In this document: positions 62,238-64,000 of the stretch, in pieces
Position numbering within the stretch: position 1 is the first letter of the stretch
Layout of the letters: each line of letters opens with the position of its first letter
NCBI GenBank assembly: GCA_963719515.1
Contig: CAVRCJ010000003.1
Coordinates: forward strand, 128,001 to 192,000
Direction: 5' to 3'
Origin: an uncultured cyanobacterium
GTDB lineage: Bacteria; Cyanobacteriota; Cyanobacteriia; CAKZMO01
Length of the DNA: 64,000 nt
Notes under the pieces: model-generated
The model's database searches: none
What the model saw: the letters and a program-made list of their open reading frames with translations, nothing else
What the model was told of the DNA's origin: nothing
Made by a program: the position numbers and the translations under genes

Positions 62238-64000
62238 TTAGGACTCTAGCTCATCTTCGTCTTCGTAGTCTTCGTCTTCGTAGTCTTCGTCTTCGTAATC
62301 TTCGTCGTCCTTGTCGTCCTCGTTGAGATCGTCTTCAATTTCGAGTCGCTCATCCTCAACGGTATCCTCGGGTTCCTCAACCGCGACAGCCGCGCCTTTG
62401 CTTTCCTCAATCGGGGCGCGGTTCATCAGCTTGATGGCCCAGCTAGCGCTCTTCTTGATAGAGCGCGGCAGGTGGGGCATATGGGGCAGCTGAGACAAGA
62501 GGTCCATGGTGCGCCGCAGGATGCGCACGATATCCCCTTCATCGAGACTGGTGTTGGCGCAGAGTTCATTCCACTCTGTTTCGAGGACCCACTGCTCCAC
62601 CAAGCCGACAATTTCATACTCCAGCCACACCGGCAAGGCGACGCTGCGGCGTCGCTGCACCTGAAAGATCTGCCGTCGCAGGTTGCGCAGGCCGTTGAGG
62701 GCAGACTCAGTGTCAACAGAGGCGCGGTAGTTAATCCAGGTATCGGGCCGCATCGTCTCGGTGACTAAGGCGGCACAGGCGCCAGCGAGATGATGGGGGG
62801 CCAAGTCGTCAAACTCTCCGGACATCAGAGCGAGCCCTAGCCACAGCTCGTTGTCCCCTCGAATGGCGGCGGCGGCTTCTCCTAGGGACGTGGGCTCCAC
62901 CTTATCCAAGCAGTCGAAATGTCTGAGAATCGAGATCAAGCTGAGAAAGTCTTGCCAGTAGTGGTGGATGCGCTGGCCGAGCTTTTGCTGGCGATCGCTG
63001 ATCTCCGATTCAATTTTGGTGATGCGCTGCTGCCGCTTAATTAGCTTGCCGGGGTTCCCCCACCTTTGGGCCGGATGGTTGATCAGCCGAGACTCTACGG
63101 CCGCGATCTGCTCGGCCTGGGCCTGCACCTCGGGCGGCGTGGGAGGGCCTGGCAGATCAGGAATCTGGTCTGCCACCGTTTGAGACACTTCGGTCCCGGG
63201 ATCGAACTTGCCGGGTTTGACCAGCAGGTCTGCCGGGGGCTCAACGGCGGTGATAGCGGTGAGCAACGGTATATCGTTGTGCAGCCCCACCACGTCTTTG
63301 ACGGTAATCACATACCAGCGGTTGTCCTGGGTGAGGGTCAGGAGGTAAGGGGCCAGCCCTGGGCTGGGAAGGCGCATCGCGAGGACCCCCGGTATCGCTT
63401 TTCCTGGCGGTCCGGTGACATGCACGCCCCGTAGCGACAGCACCGACCCCACGGGCGCATTGACCATGGCGGCGGCGATCTCCTTGGTCCGCAGCTCTTT
63501 GGCCTGCTGCTGTAAGGTTTTTAGCAGACGACGCTCTTCTTTTAGTCGCCCTTTCACCTTTTGAAAGTCGGCCAGCAGGTCGAAGTCTTCTACCACAGCT
63601 AGCTGCTCGAGATGGTGCTGCAGGTCGTTTTCTAGATTGGCGATCGCCTTTTGCTGGGGGGCCAGGTGCAGCGTGGCTAAATACTGGCCGAAGCTGCGCT
63701 CTACTAGGTCGCGGGCCTCCTCCAGGGTGTGGATCTGCAGCAGGTTGAGCACCATCCCGTAGCTGGGGTTAAACTGACTCACCAGCGGATCAGGTCCGGA
63801 GGTGATTAAGTACGAGGCTTCCCCTGGGCCTTCGAACCGCGTCTGCACGGTCACGGCGTAGCCCACTTCATCCATGCCCCGTCGCCCAGCCCGGCCCGCC
63901 ATCTGCAGGAACTCCGAGCCATTGAGCAGCCGGTGCCCCCGGTCGGTGCGCTTCGACAAACTGGAGATGACGGTGCAGCGAGCAGGCATGTTGATGCCTG
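62238..64000 (-). CDS. Ski2/HelY-like DEAD/DEAH RNA helicase (5' part outside the window)
   Basis: GINMPAR; FLQMAGRAGRRGMD; DSHCT-like LDEGDIVRILRRTMDLL; acidic tail. Confidence 0.9.
   Translation of the reverse strand, partial: GINMPARCTVISSLSKRTDRGHRLLNGSEFLQMAGRAGRRGMDEVGYAVTVQTRFEGPGEASYLITSGPDPLVSQFNPSYGMVLNLLQIHTLEEARDLVERSFGQYLATLHLAPQQKAIANLENDLQHHLEQLAVVEDFDLLADFQKVKGRLKEERRLLKTLQQQAKELRTKEIAAAMVNAPVGSVLSLRGVHVTGPPGKAIPGVLAMRLPSPGLAPYLLTLTQDNRWYVITVKDVVGLHNDIPLLTAITAVEPPADLLVKPGKFDPGTEVSQTVADQIPDLPGPPTPPEVQAQAEQIAAVESRLINHPAQRWGNPGKLIKRQQRITKIESEISDRQQKLGQRIHHYWQDFLSLISILRHFDCLDKVEPTSLGEAAAAIRGDNELWLGLALMSGEFDDLAPHHLAGACAALVTETMRPDTWINYRASVDTESALNGLRNLRRQIFQVQRRRSVALPVWLEYEIVGLVEQWVLETEWNELCANTSLDEGDIVRILRRTMDLLSQLPHMPHLPRSIKKSASWAIKLMNRAPIEESKGAAVAVEEPEDTVEDERLEIEDDLNEDDKDDEDYEDEDYEDEDYEDEDELES

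Overview
Cyanobacterial chromosomal segment: it has a dense HIP1 octamer GCGATCGC and carries psbB/psbT/psbM, ntcA, pxcA, crtR and petF. Most of it is housekeeping, photosynthesis and nitrogen-regulation genes (purB, nrdR, mobA, cnaT-ntcB-nirB-like cluster, adk, hisB, fabI, ntcA, mlaF/mlaD, ROK kinase, tRNA-Tyr/Thr, GH13, HelY-like helicase). Three features stand out. (1) A 12-kb locus (5.2-17.3 kb) couples a two-partner secretion pair (TpsB plus a filamentous-haemagglutinin-like TpsA with a P-domain) to a sigma-like factor, DUF1822, a membrane CHAT(caspase-like)-CHASE2 protein and DUF928; this is a candidate protease-triggered trans-envelope signalling system. (2) A 392-bp non-coding element with IS200/IS605-type ends is inserted cleanly after TTAG inside an ABC-transporter gene; it may be a stand-alone omegaRNA-carrying mini-transposon. 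(3) A second hairpin-bounded, structure-rich ~460-bp element lies after crtR. All family assignments come from motif recognition by eye; no database searches were run.
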